64,000 bases of DNA from IMG/VR virus record IMGVR_UViG_3300033153_006968, positions 1 through 64,000 of that record; one strand, given 5' to 3'. The position numbers were made by a program, and so were the translations under genes. Positions 1 through 9,532 of this stretch are shown piece after piece. Under the pieces are notes generated by a model. That model did no database searches. It had not been told where the DNA came from and saw nothing but the letters and a program-made list of their open reading frames with translations. Source of the stretch: a virus. The number at the start of each line of letters is the position of its first letter. Positions within the stretch are counted from its first letter, which is position 1.

Positions 1-598
1 CGAATACTCCTTGCGTCTTAGCCAGATGTAAATACAGATCCTTTCTATATTCACTCTTCTTTTCATTGGACAGTTCTTCCTGGAGATGCTCTATATGAGG
101 ACCTCTGTAAGCATAGTGCAACTTGGCTCCTACAAGCTTCTTGTGGCACTCCCCTACAAACTTTATTACTCCTGGTTCATTCTTAAATAGACGAGGTTGC
201 CAATCTGGATATGCCTCGTATTCCTCTCTGATGTTCTCAGAAATATTTTTCCATTTACGTCGAGGTAAATTCCAGGCTTTAACGTCAGGAGAACGCATCA
301 GGGTATGAAGCAAATGAGAATCAGAGAGTGACTCGTCAGCATCTAAAATGAGAATCCATTCATATTCCAAGACGGAGATAGCCTTGTTGTATACTTCGCT
401 AAATCCAAGATCCCTAGGCGAGACTGTGTTCTTAACTATTCTAGCCCCTAATCCCTGGGCAGTCATAGATGTGTTATCTGTAGAGTTATCGTCCACTACT
501 ACAATTTCATTTACATATTCTTTTACAGACGTAATAGGAATATGAATACAACACTCTTCATTCTTCGCTAGAACACAAAGAGAAATACCTTCTTTCAT
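1..598 (-). CDS. GT2 (GT-A fold) glycosyltransferase, runs off the window edge (not in ORF track)
   Basis: Manual translation from ATG at 598 (TAATG overlap with upstream stop): MKEGISLCVLAKNEECCI...EIVVVDDNSTDNT...YEWILILDADE...YPDWQPRLF; GT2 motifs VVDD.STD.T and DADE; open to position 1. Confidence 0.9.
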   Translation of the reverse strand, partial: MKEGISLCVLAKNEECCIHIPITSVKEYVNEIVVVDDNSTDNTSMTAQGLGARIVKNTVSPRDLGFSEVYNKAISVLEYEWILILDADESLSDSHLLHTLMRSPDVKAWNLPRRKWKNISENIREEYEAYPDWQPRLFKNEPGVIKFVGECHKKLVGAKLHYAYRGPHIEHLQEELSNEKKSEYRKDLYLHLAKTQGVF

Positions 599-1137
599 TA
601 CCCAACCTTCTGCGCAGAAATAACTACATCGTAATCTTCATGTGCGACATTGATAATTCTAAAGCCACATCCAGCTAATACGCCCTGTAGAAACTCAGAA
701 GTAAAACCATTGTAGCGTATATCGTAATCGTTTATCTGCTTACCGTAGAGCAAAGAGAGAACCATCTCACTATGAAGCCCCATCTCTTTAGAGACTTTCT
801 CGTTAAGATAAAGCTGTTTCACTACGAGACTAATATCTGTCACCCTTACCTCAAGAACAGAATTTACGCTCAGTATTCTTTTCCATTCGTTAAGCGTTTC
901 TACCATTCGCGGGCGAGGAATGTATTCTAGAAGATGCTGAGCAACTATAAAGTCAACGCTCCGATCTGGAATAAAATCTAATTCCATTACGTCTGCAACC
1001 AGATCGACATCAGGAAGTGCCTGAATATCTACATTAGCGAACTCTTCTCGAATGTCGGTTCCACAACCAAGGTTAAGTTTTTTCTTTTCTATGCATAGTT
1101 CAAGAAAGTCTTTTGCCTTACCGTCGTCTATTAGCAC
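598..1137 (-). CDS. Class I SAM-dependent methyltransferase (glycan-locus type)
   Basis: KLNLGCG motif I, NVDI, DFIVAQHLLEYI, EWKRIL. Confidence 0.85.
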   Translation of the reverse strand: MLIDDGKAKDFLELCIEKKKLNLGCGTDIREEFANVDIQALPDVDLVADVMELDFIPDRSVDFIVAQHLLEYIPRPRMVETLNEWKRILSVNSVLEVRVTDISLVVKQLYLNEKVSKEMGLHSEMVLSLLYGKQINDYDIRYNGFTSEFLQGVLAGCGFRIINVAHEDYDVVISAQKVG

Positions 1138-2245
1138 TAATCTCCTCCAGTCTATTTTTCATAAGTTGTCCAATTGTTTCCCAAGATAAATTGTTGTCTA
1201 CGAATTGTTTTCCTATTGAACCAACCGCTTTCGCCTGTCCTTTATTCTTAAATGCCCATCTCATCTTCTGTCGAGCTTTTATGATATCTATATCTCCCCA
1301 AACCATATCTCCAGTGTAAGCTTCCCATGGCATACCATATACTGGTGTAAGCTGATAGTCAATAGGAAATCCAGTCTGTTGATTAATGAAATCTTTAGAA
1401 CCGCTATAGTCAGTGCTTATTACTGGATTGCCAGCCATCATTGCTTCTGTTAAGGGAATTCCCCAGCCCTCAGATCTATGAAAAGAAAGATAACAATCAC
1501 AGGATTTATGAACAGCGTGGATCTGAGGCTTAGTAAGAATATCTGCTACCAACAAAATTTTAGGATAACTACTCAATCTCAATTTAAACTTAACGTCATC
1601 AATAGCCTTACGAATTTTTTCTTTTTCAGATGCATCTTCTGGATTATATAGATACGTTTTGAGAACCAAACATACATTTTCGCTAACGTCAAATTCGGTC
1701 AAATATGCTTTGAGAATAGATACGGGATTCTTGCGCTCTAACCACTGGAAGATAGAATAGAAAATATAGTCACCGGAATTTACACCTTGTATAGATACTT
1801 CAGATGTTTCTTCTTCAAAAATCTTCCTACTAAAAGTATGAGGAATTACAACAATAGGAATATTAATCCCAGAACTTTTAAAGACTTCATAGTTGTACTG
1901 TGTAGGAACCCATACTTCGTCAAGTCTATTAATCTTTTCGACCCATGGTTTAGGTAGTCTATCTGTTTCCCACACTGTGTATCCTATGTTGTATTTGCGG
2001 GAATCGATAAACTGATCAAACACATCGGGAACAGTATGAATAATCTGTATATCGGCTGTTGGTTTATGGCATATCATATTCTTAATTAATTGGCCAACTT
2101 TCCCATGATCAGATTTAAACTTTTCAAAATTTAACGGAACAACTTCTACGCCTAAACCTCGATAAGTAAGAGCCATGATATAATTACGCGCCGAATCAGA
2201 ATATCCACTAGCGTTAAAACAAGCGCTGATATAAGTTACTTTCAA
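1118..2245 (-). CDS. GT4 (GT-B fold) glycosyltransferase
   Basis: SGY N-terminal loop, YTVWETDRLP, RKNP, HRSEGWGIPLTEAMMAGNPVI (E-x7-E motif). Confidence 0.9.
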   Translation of the reverse strand: MKVTYISACFNASGYSDSARNYIMALTYRGLGVEVVPLNFEKFKSDHGKVGQLIKNMICHKPTADIQIIHTVPDVFDQFIDSRKYNIGYTVWETDRLPKPWVEKINRLDEVWVPTQYNYEVFKSSGINIPIVVIPHTFSRKIFEEETSEVSIQGVNSGDYIFYSIFQWLERKNPVSILKAYLTEFDVSENVCLVLKTYLYNPEDASEKEKIRKAIDDVKFKLRLSSYPKILLVADILTKPQIHAVHKSCDCYLSFHRSEGWGIPLTEAMMAGNPVISTDYSGSKDFINQQTGFPIDYQLTPVYGMPWEAYTGDMVWGDIDIIKARQKMRWAFKNKGQAKAVGSIGKQFVDNNLSWETIGQLMKNRLEEISANRRR

Positions 2246-3516
2246 ATTACTAACCCCTTAATACCTTCATCGGGAACTGCTATTGCTTCTTTTTCGCCTG
2301 ACAGTTCTTCAAACAAGTCTATCCATTGCCGACAGATAGTATTCCAGCTATTCTCTTCAGCCCATTCACGAGCTGCTAAAACTTTTGAACTGTTATCTTT
2401 TACCTGGTGCATCTCAATCATCTTACCTAGAATATTGCCAAGACTACCAAAGGGTCTATAGCCCGCATTGTCTATATATATGTAATCTTCACAATCATAC
2501 ATGTATCCTCTTTTTTGATCTTCTCCAACAAGTTCAGACATATTAGTATTGTCTGGGACTATAACAGGAATACCAGCTGCCATTGCCTCTGCAATAGTTA
2601 ATCCAAAACCTTCGCCGAGATGTGTAGTAATGAAACAGTCAGAGATGTTATATATCTCGTTTAACATCTTTTCTGGCCACCCATTAGAAAGATTATATCC
2701 GTTAGGAAAAAAGACATCCTTATTCATCGTTAAGCCAAGGTCTTCCAAACATACAGTCAAATCTACAACCCTATCTAGATTTTTGTCTATAGGCATCGTG
2801 TGAAGGAGAAGGACAGAATCTGGAACTCGATCCAAAAATTTCTTGAAAGCAAGTATAGTTCTAGATATTTGTTTCCTGTCAATATTTCTATTAACGCTTA
2901 AGAATACAAATTTGTCAGAATCGTCTCCCAGATATTTCTTCTTTAGTCGCTGTTTCTCGTCTTCTTTAAAAGGTTTGTATACATCCGTATTGACTCCATG
3001 GTAAATCTGCTTCAGCTTACTTCTAAAATGAGGCAACCTCTTCAGGGTTTCTGACATCCCATACTTTGTATAAGCTACTGGAGTATCAGCAAGTTCTAAC
3101 ATAGCGACGGAGTCCTTACGTACATGGCAATCTACAGGATAGTAGTAAATAATCTTAGGAACCTTTTTTCCATTAGCTTCCATCGCTTCTAAAGTCTTTT
3201 TCAGGAAAGGAGCAATACTAGAAGCTATATGCAGATCATTCACAATCCAGACAAAATCAAAATCACCCTCGGCAAGAACACGAAGAAATCCTTTCTTGCC
3301 ATATACGTCATTGGAGTCGTATAGTTTAGCGGGGATCTGTGTCCATGGCACGTTACTTAACGTATTAAAATTAACTGGATAATTAACGGCGTATTGAGAT
3401 ATGTCATATTTGCCAGTGTTATAAAGAGCCGTTAGTATATATTTGCTAACAACTCCAAACCCAGTAAACACAGAAGCGCTATCGCTATAAGCTAAAATTT
3501 TCTTTCTGCCTAACAT
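2242..3516 (-). CDS. GT4 glycosyltransferase (paralogue of 3519-4784)
   Basis: TGFGVVS, HGVN, NRNIDRKQI, GEGFGLTIAEAMAAGIPVI. Confidence 0.9.
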   Translation of the reverse strand: MLGRKKILAYSDSASVFTGFGVVSKYILTALYNTGKYDISQYAVNYPVNFNTLSNVPWTQIPAKLYDSNDVYGKKGFLRVLAEGDFDFVWIVNDLHIASSIAPFLKKTLEAMEANGKKVPKIIYYYPVDCHVRKDSVAMLELADTPVAYTKYGMSETLKRLPHFRSKLKQIYHGVNTDVYKPFKEDEKQRLKKKYLGDDSDKFVFLSVNRNIDRKQISRTILAFKKFLDRVPDSVLLLHTMPIDKNLDRVVDLTVCLEDLGLTMNKDVFFPNGYNLSNGWPEKMLNEIYNISDCFITTHLGEGFGLTIAEAMAAGIPVIVPDNTNMSELVGEDQKRGYMYDCEDYIYIDNAGYRPFGSLGNILGKMIEMHQVKDNSSKVLAAREWAEENSWNTICRQWIDLFEELSGEKEAIAVPDEGIKGLVI

Positions 3517-3518
3517 GT

Positions 3519-4784
3519 TTATATCAATTCTCCAATTTCGTTTTTGAGGTTTAGTTCCTCTTTTTTATTTGGCAATTCTTCAAATAACTTTATCCACTGT
3601 TGGCAAACAATGCTCCAATCATTGTCTTCAGCCCATTCACGCGCTAGTTTAACCTTCTTATTATTTTCCTTACTTCCTGCGCGGTAAACTCTATGCATTT
3701 GGTAAATGATATCTTCCAATCTCCCCATATCTCTGAATCCGCTATTGTCTATATAGATTTTTTCTTTACATTCGTACACATAGGCGCGTTCACAATTCTC
3801 TCCGAATAGCTCATGTGCATTAGTATTGTCCGGAGCTATAACGGGAACGCCAGCTGCCATTGCTTCGCAGATAGTTAATCCATGACCTTCACCCAAGTGA
3901 GCTGTGATAAAACAATTTGCCATATTATATATCTCGTTCATTATTCTGGCCGGGAAACCACGAGATGGTTCATAGTACTTAGGGAATAAAACATCTTCTG
4001 CTAAACTCAATCCGAGATCCTTTACGGCAGAGAAGAGATCGATAGAACGCCCCATGCTCTTGTCTATAGGCATAGTATGGAGAAGAAGAACAGAGTTTGG
4101 AACTTCCTTTTTGAACTCAGAGAAAGCAAGGATAATTCTCGACAATTGCTTCCTATCGCTATTTCTATTTACGGAGAGAAAGCAGAACTTACCCGCATTA
4201 CCCTTGAGATATTTTTCTTTAAGATCGTGACAAACGTCCTCTTCCAGAGGTTTGTAAACCACAGTATCTACGCCATGAGGTATCTGTTCCAGCTTAATGT
4301 CAGGGCAAGTAAGAAGTGTTTCTTTTCTTCCGTAATCATTGTAGCAAACAGGAACATCTGCTGACTTGATTAAGCCCGTTGCTCCTTCTTGCACATGGCA
4401 GTCAACTGGATAATAGTAAATTACTTTAGGTATCTTATGTCCAGCCATTTCTTTCTTATCAAGAATCTTTTTTAATTCATCGGCGATAGAATAAGTAACA
4501 TATGTATCGTTTAGTATCCAAATAAAATCAAAATCACCTTCCGATACATTTCTAAGGAACATCTTTTTCCCATACGGATCAGTTGGATCAAGTAATTTAG
4601 TAGACATTTGTTGCCAAGGAACATCGTCTGTATCTATAAAACGTGTAGGAAAGTTAATAGCCAGTTGAAATATCTCATACTTCCCAGTATCGTGTAGTGT
4701 TTTCAACACATACTTAGATACAACTCCGAATCCAGTATACGAACTGGCCGAATCAGACCAACAGAGAACTTTCTTTTTTGTCAT
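3519..4784 (-). CDS. GT4 glycosyltransferase (start revised to MTKKKVL)
   Basis: TGFGVVS, PHGVD, NRNSDRKQL, GEGHGLTICEAMAAGVPVI; ATG at 4784 follows an AAGGA RBS and aligns with the paralogue N-terminus. Confidence 0.9.
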   Translation of the reverse strand: MTKKKVLCWSDSASSYTGFGVVSKYVLKTLHDTGKYEIFQLAINFPTRFIDTDDVPWQQMSTKLLDPTDPYGKKMFLRNVSEGDFDFIWILNDTYVTYSIADELKKILDKKEMAGHKIPKVIYYYPVDCHVQEGATGLIKSADVPVCYNDYGRKETLLTCPDIKLEQIPHGVDTVVYKPLEEDVCHDLKEKYLKGNAGKFCFLSVNRNSDRKQLSRIILAFSEFKKEVPNSVLLLHTMPIDKSMGRSIDLFSAVKDLGLSLAEDVLFPKYYEPSRGFPARIMNEIYNMANCFITAHLGEGHGLTICEAMAAGVPVIAPDNTNAHELFGENCERAYVYECKEKIYIDNSGFRDMGRLEDIIYQMHRVYRAGSKENNKKVKLAREWAEDNDWSIVCQQWIKLFEELPNKKEELNLKNEIGELI

Positions 4785-4795
4785 TGTTTCCTTTG

Positions 4796-5809
4796 TTATG
4801 ATAGTTTCTTTAAACAAGCATCTACTATCATATCAGAAGTGATCATCTTAAAGCAAGAATGATTTAGCTTGCAGGAAGAACTCCAACAAGCAGAACACAT
4901 CAAATTTTCCGCCGGCCAAACAGCAGAAGCATTCGGATAATAGTTTATCCTGGCTCTCGGATCTGTATCTCCGAATATCGCAACAGTTGGTACTTCTAGT
5001 GCACCAGCAAGATGAAGCATAACGCTATCGGGACAAAGAAGCAGGTCACAATTTTTCATCACTCCTGCTACGCGACGGATATCTACATCTCTTAAAACAG
5101 TAAGTCCTGGAATGCTTTCCCACATAATATTAGATGCTGGATCGGAAGTATGCCTGAGAAGGATTAATTTGAATCCTTTCTGAGATAGGGTCTGTAGAGT
5201 ATTCCTCATGGTAAGATTGTCTAAATTTCTACGCGATGCAGAAGTAAAGATGTGAACAAGAATTACCTTGTCGTTAATGTTGAAGCCTCGCTTAGAGATA
5301 AAGGCATCTCCCGCTTCTAATTCTTGTGGCTGTATGAAATATCTAACTGTCTTATCTTCAGTTGGAATACCAGCATGCTCTGCAAAAATATCTATTCTAT
5401 TCTTGGGAGGGTTATTAGGATTGGCTTCATATCCTATTGCGGGACAATGAAGATTTATAACAATATCATAATTCCCTTCATCTAGGCTGTCTCTATCTAT
5501 AACTTCGTCTACATCCGGATTGTGCTTTAGTACCTTAACTATAGCTCCACCAAGGTATCTAGTATTAGTGGCATAGGTAATATGAACGTCCTCATTGAAC
5601 ATTACCTTGAGTCCACGTAGGAGGGGAGTAGTCATTAGGATATCTCCTACCCCTTCTCCGCGAAGAACGCAGATTCTTGGTCTATGTGTGTCTAGTAATT
5701 GTTTTAATCGATTTATTCTTTTGGGAGGATTAAGATTTGCTTGTCCAGTAGCATATGGACGCATTCTTTGAAACTTTACAATACCGTCGTCGCCTAGTTT
5801 CCAGGGCAT
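4796..5809 (-). CDS. GT9 / ADP-heptose heptosyltransferase-like glycosyltransferase
   Basis: GVGDILMTTPLLRGLK; DSVMLHLAGALEVPTVAIFGDTDP; C-terminal CSACWSSSCKLNHSC. Confidence 0.85.
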   Translation of the reverse strand: MPWKLGDDGIVKFQRMRPYATGQANLNPPKRINRLKQLLDTHRPRICVLRGEGVGDILMTTPLLRGLKVMFNEDVHITYATNTRYLGGAIVKVLKHNPDVDEVIDRDSLDEGNYDIVINLHCPAIGYEANPNNPPKNRIDIFAEHAGIPTEDKTVRYFIQPQELEAGDAFISKRGFNINDKVILVHIFTSASRRNLDNLTMRNTLQTLSQKGFKLILLRHTSDPASNIMWESIPGLTVLRDVDIRRVAGVMKNCDLLLCPDSVMLHLAGALEVPTVAIFGDTDPRARINYYPNASAVWPAENLMCSACWSSSCKLNHSCFKMITSDMIVDACLKKLS

Positions 5810-5821
5810 AGGACTCCTTTT

Positions 5822-6820
5822 CTAGAAAGAACTTAACAGGAGACAACCCTTCGCCACAGAAAACATTGGCTCAGAAGCATGTCTAACTTCTTTTATTTCG
5901 AATGGAAGACCTACCTTCCTTATAGATTCATCAAAAGAAGAAACAAATCCGCCGGCAAGAGAAGTACCACCGCTTACGACAACGCTAATAGGCTTAGAGA
6001 AATTAGGCAATCCCTCTTTATTCATGAGTCGAACAGATAAGTTTTTAACTACATAATCTATGAGGCGAGAATAATAAGCAGAAACCACAGAGAGAATTGG
6101 ATTATCTACATGATCTTGTCCGATAATAAAGTCTCCCTTCTCCTTCTCCATCTGTATAACACTGTCTGTTTGTCCTGTAGATTGAGCTGTCATTCTATCT
6201 ACCCAGTCACCACTTCTAGCAAGACTTAATTTAAGAACAGGATCTCCATCAAGCATGACACAGACATTACACATCCCCGCGCCGAAAGAAAGACAAATAC
6301 CTGAGTAGTCATCATTCTCCAATTCTGCATAACAGATAGCTTCTGCTTCGTTAAGAGCTACTGGCTCATATCCAAGCTCGGAGAGATCTCTCTTGAAGGC
6401 ATCCTGATGGAAGCCTGTATTGAAGTCTTCTTCTGATTGATCTATTGGTTCAGCAGGAACGGAGTAGACAAGCTTCTCTCCTTTTTTCTCCGCCGGACCA
6501 AGAAGTTTTGAAAGGATAAATTTGAGAACTTTTCGTGCTTCAGGTTCTCTTGGAGATATTACTCCGCGAAATAGTGGGCGACGTGCTTTGTCGTTCCTCT
6601 CAACAGCTTTCTCAACGGCTGCTTCGCCAACGATATAGAATGAATTACCCTCTCTAAAGAAAGATTTTCCCTTGAGGGACTTCTCAAGCATGGAAGCGGC
6701 TATCTTGGTGGGGGGAGTAATGACATAGAAAGCATCACGAAATTTGAGGAAAGAAACACCAGTCTCTGTTTCTTTTGAAACTACAAGAAAAGAAGTACCA
6801 ACGTCCAATCCTTTTGCCAT
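5822..6820 (-). CDS. Actin-fold ATPase (MreB/FtsA/ParM superfamily); start revised to MAKGLDVGT
   Basis: Phosphate-1 GLDVGTS, connect-1 NEAEA, phosphate-2 SFGAGMCNV, adenosine VVSGGTS, connect-2 VAKG; ATG at 6820 overlaps upstream TAA. Confidence 0.85.
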   Translation of the reverse strand: MAKGLDVGTSFLVVSKETETGVSFLKFRDAFYVITPPTKIAASMLEKSLKGKSFFREGNSFYIVGEAAVEKAVERNDKARRPLFRGVISPREPEARKVLKFILSKLLGPAEKKGEKLVYSVPAEPIDQSEEDFNTGFHQDAFKRDLSELGYEPVALNEAEAICYAELENDDYSGICLSFGAGMCNVCVMLDGDPVLKLSLARSGDWVDRMTAQSTGQTDSVIQMEKEKGDFIIGQDHVDNPILSVVSAYYSRLIDYVVKNLSVRLMNKEGLPNFSKPISVVVSGGTSLAGGFVSSFDESIRKVGLPFEIKEVRHASEPMFSVAKGCLLLSSF

Positions 6821-7104
6821 TATTCGCCTGTATCGTTGGAATAAGTCCAAGTTATCTCAGGGGGAGTATAAGGCCAAACAGAAGGAATGTAATAACCACT
6901 AGAACAGTTACTACAGCTACTTACAAATGGAGACCAAATGGTATTACAGACAGGACATTGCCAACCTTGTGGTGCACCAATGGCAGGATATGAGAACGTA
7001 TTAACGGCAGGATTATATTTAAGTTCGTTTACTGAAAAATCTATTGTTGAGCTATTTTCCGCCGAGCAATCGGGACAATTTTCTTTTTGATTCTTGCAAG
7101 TCAT
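6820..7104 (-). CDS. Small Cys-rich putative zinc-ribbon protein
   Basis: CPDC and GWQCPVC...CSNC; stop overlaps the ATPase start; true start uncertain because of 53-nt overlap with upstream gene. Confidence 0.55.
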   Translation of the reverse strand: MTCKNQKENCPDCSAENSSTIDFSVNELKYNPAVNTFSYPAIGAPQGWQCPVCNTIWSPFVSSCSNCSSGYYIPSVWPYTPPEITWTYSNDTGE

Positions 7105-7495
7105 CTACCTTCTCCTCTTCCTTAACTTCTATTTGTTCAGAACTCTCAAGGTTAGTAATATCTACGCCCATATCTATTAGTGTCTCATCTATTTGTACCA
7201 GAGTATCATCACTCGTGTCAAGGTTTTGTTTGCCAGTTCCCTTTATTTCTTCCGAAGAGATAAGGCCTTTTAATTTGTTAGCTATTCTGTCAACAAGACT
7301 ATCTAAGTCTTTATTTGTCAAAGGTGAAGACTTAGATTGTTTTTTCATTACTTTCCGCCGAATGAGATTTTTTTTCTTAAAAGATGTGATAGTTCCATCA
7401 TCTAGAAAAGGATCGCGCATAGACCTCCTTTGATGAATATAGGCTACTGCATATCCAAATATAATTGTAAGAATAAGAGCTATTCCGATCCACAA
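7052..7495 (-). CDS. Single-pass membrane protein (N-terminal TM, basic then acidic cytoplasmic part)
   Basis: MWIGIALILTIIFGYAVAYIHQRR hydrophobic helix followed by basic residues; TTG start directly after upstream TAA. Confidence 0.65.
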   Translation of the reverse strand: MWIGIALILTIIFGYAVAYIHQRRSMRDPFLDDGTITSFKKKNLIRRKVMKKQSKSSPLTNKDLDSLVDRIANKLKGLISSEEIKGTGKQNLDTSDDTLVQIDETLIDMGVDITNLESSEQIEVKEEEKVDDLQESKRKLSRLLGGK

Positions 7496-7897
7496 TTAAC
7501 TACACCAAATATCGAATTGGCCACTTGCAACGACTATTTCTATATCTCTAATAAGAGGACCCGTTTCCCATTCAAATGTATCGTTAGCATTAATGTCGAT
7601 AGTCGCTCCAGTGATATCTTTGATTTGCTCTCCAGAAGTAAGGTTAGCAAGATGAGAAGTATACATAAGGTCTCCAGAAGATGCAACGCCAACCCTTGGA
7701 GGGAAAACAGTATGATATACATTAAACTTAACTTGCATTGAATCAACAGTGCATTGAATGGATACGTTTTTAGCGTCATACCCAAGGCTGTCACGAACTA
7801 ATAGAACGTCTCCAGTACCTGCGTCGGTATTAGTAAAGTTAACCGTTCTTAACCCAGGTGGTACATAGTGTGAAACAGTTTTAGTTATATCGGACAT
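7496..7897 (-). CDS. Hypothetical beta-rich protein, probably virion-associated
   Basis: 133-aa ORF with GGAGG RBS; beta-strand pattern. Confidence 0.6.
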   Translation of the reverse strand: MSDITKTVSHYVPPGLRTVNFTNTDAGTGDVLLVRDSLGYDAKNVSIQCTVDSMQVKFNVYHTVFPPRVGVASSGDLMYTSHLANLTSGEQIKDITGATIDINANDTFEWETGPLIRDIEIVVASGQFDIWCS

Positions 7898-7933
7898 CTA
7901 TCCTATTCCTCCAAGAATTATTACTTCCTATAT

Positions 7934-7942
7934 AGTATATCA
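7934..7942 (-). promoter_or_regulatory. Candidate extended -10 promoter (TGaTATACT)
   Basis: Lies in the AT-rich gap upstream of 7897, between an ATTACTTC/GAAGTAAT inverted repeat. Confidence 0.35.
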
Positions 7943-8000
7943 TTATCTTCAAATAAGAAGTAATTTTACTATCCGCGCGCGAGAAAAGAAACTCTCCCTT

Positions 8001-9473
8001 TTATGCGCCGTAGTAATAGATCGCAACAGTACAAGTACCAGCATTTACAGAAGTAAAATCAGAATCAGTGGTAATGGTAACTCTAGGTGTTTTAGCGTCA
8101 TCATGCCATTCAGTCCCAGAAACAGCTCCCATATCTACTCCAGACACATTAGTTACGAACACATTAGGAGTTCCAGTATTGTATCTATCTGCAGTAGTTC
8201 CATCGCCTACAGTAATTACAGCCGAAGTATCGTTAGTAAATCCAGTAAGAGTATGCAAGATGGTCCGTTGTACTACTGCACCATCAGGGATAGCATCATC
8301 AAAATCAATCCAGCCAACACTATTTCCACCATCGTCGGTCATATCGTCGTGATTGAAAGTCTTAGAAACACAACCGAGAGAAGCCCGACCAGCATAACTG
8401 AGTTCTTGATGTTCAATTTGGACTTGTCTGGTTGCTCCAGAAATAGTTAAGGCAGTAGTAGCAGCAGCAGGAGTACCATTAACAGCGAGGAAGATATCGC
8501 CAGCGTCTGCTGCGCCTGCACCAGCTGCGCCAGAGTAGATGCTGACATTGCCAGAATCGCCGTCTGTGGTTGTGGCTCCAGTGTAAATCTTAACTTCACC
8601 AGTGTCATAGTCTCCTGAGTTGCTGTTAGAACCAGTATACAGCAGTATTCGCCCAGATGTTCCGGATATACTAGCGCCCTTTGTGGTTACTTGAACTTCT
8701 CCGCTATTCTGATTATTTTGAAAATATGCGTAAGTAGCCTCAAGTGTACACTGCGACTCCGAGAAATCTGCCTTGCCGCCTAACTCTATCGAATTCAATT
8801 TGAGTGTGAGATTTCCGGGAGCTTCAGTAGTTAGTGACAAGACGTTATCAGCTGACGTATCAAATTTCACACCCTGCGCAACTGTACCCATATAGCAGAA
8901 GCCATCAGCGCCTTTAACCTGAAAGCCAACGATAGTGCCGTGAGTAGACATGACAATATCACCAGCATCTGCTGCGCCTGCTCCAGCTGCGCCAGTGTAG
9001 ATCTCTACATTTCCAGTGTCACCGTCTGTGGTAGTTGCGCCTGATCTGAGGTATACAATTCCGGAGTCATGGTCGTTAACATTGGTCTGTGAGCCCGACT
9101 GCAACACCAAACCGCCCGTAGCCGTAGTATCGGATCGGCCAGACGAGCGTACGTAAAGTATGCCTGAATTCTTGCCCTCAATAGCGAACGCATCAAGACC
9201 ATTGGTTACTAGTGTTAAGTTACCACCAGCCTCATCCGTTAGTGTCAGGGCGCTGTTAACTGAAGTATCAAGTCGAATACCCTGATCTTCAGCTCCATTA
9301 GTTATTTCAACAATGCCATCTGCACTATCTGTAATCTTTGATCCCTTGACTAGTTCTAGAGGACCTGCCATAGCTTCGCTGCCATCTTCTAAGAGATATA
9401 TAGAATGGTCGTCGTCCACTAGGCCCGTTAAACCACCATGGTCACTTACGCCTGAATCTTTCTTAATACGCAT
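8001..9473 (-). CDS. Fibre-like virion protein with N-terminal DHxxLxGLxxDDH motif and Gly-rich beta repeats
   Basis: DHGGLTGLVDDDHSIY; internal duplication GATTTDGD(T/S)GNV.IY.GAAGAGAADAGDI; globular C-terminal domain. Confidence 0.65.
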   Translation of the reverse strand: MRIKKDSGVSDHGGLTGLVDDDHSIYLLEDGSEAMAGPLELVKGSKITDSADGIVEITNGAEDQGIRLDTSVNSALTLTDEAGGNLTLVTNGLDAFAIEGKNSGILYVRSSGRSDTTATGGLVLQSGSQTNVNDHDSGIVYLRSGATTTDGDTGNVEIYTGAAGAGAADAGDIVMSTHGTIVGFQVKGADGFCYMGTVAQGVKFDTSADNVLSLTTEAPGNLTLKLNSIELGGKADFSESQCTLEATYAYFQNNQNSGEVQVTTKGASISGTSGRILLYTGSNSNSGDYDTGEVKIYTGATTTDGDSGNVSIYSGAAGAGAADAGDIFLAVNGTPAAATTALTISGATRQVQIEHQELSYAGRASLGCVSKTFNHDDMTDDGGNSVGWIDFDDAIPDGAVVQRTILHTLTGFTNDTSAVITVGDGTTADRYNTGTPNVFVTNVSGVDMGAVSGTEWHDDAKTPRVTITTDSDFTSVNAGTCTVAIYYYGA

Positions 9474-9493
9474 CTATTTCTCCAAGAATTATT

Positions 9494-9532
9494 CTACTTC
9501 GCTTGCCAGCCGGTATCCCCAGCATATAGCTC
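9494..9532 (-). pseudogene. Orphaned original C-terminus (ELYAGDTGWQAK*) of the gene at 10103-10834
   Basis: 12 codons plus TAG that align in register with the current C-terminus ETGAGSSGWASK*. Confidence 0.75.

Noticed and set aside
7960-8000. Terminator after the 8001-9473 gene
   Set aside because: The candidate stem relies mostly on G-U pairs and has no following U-tract
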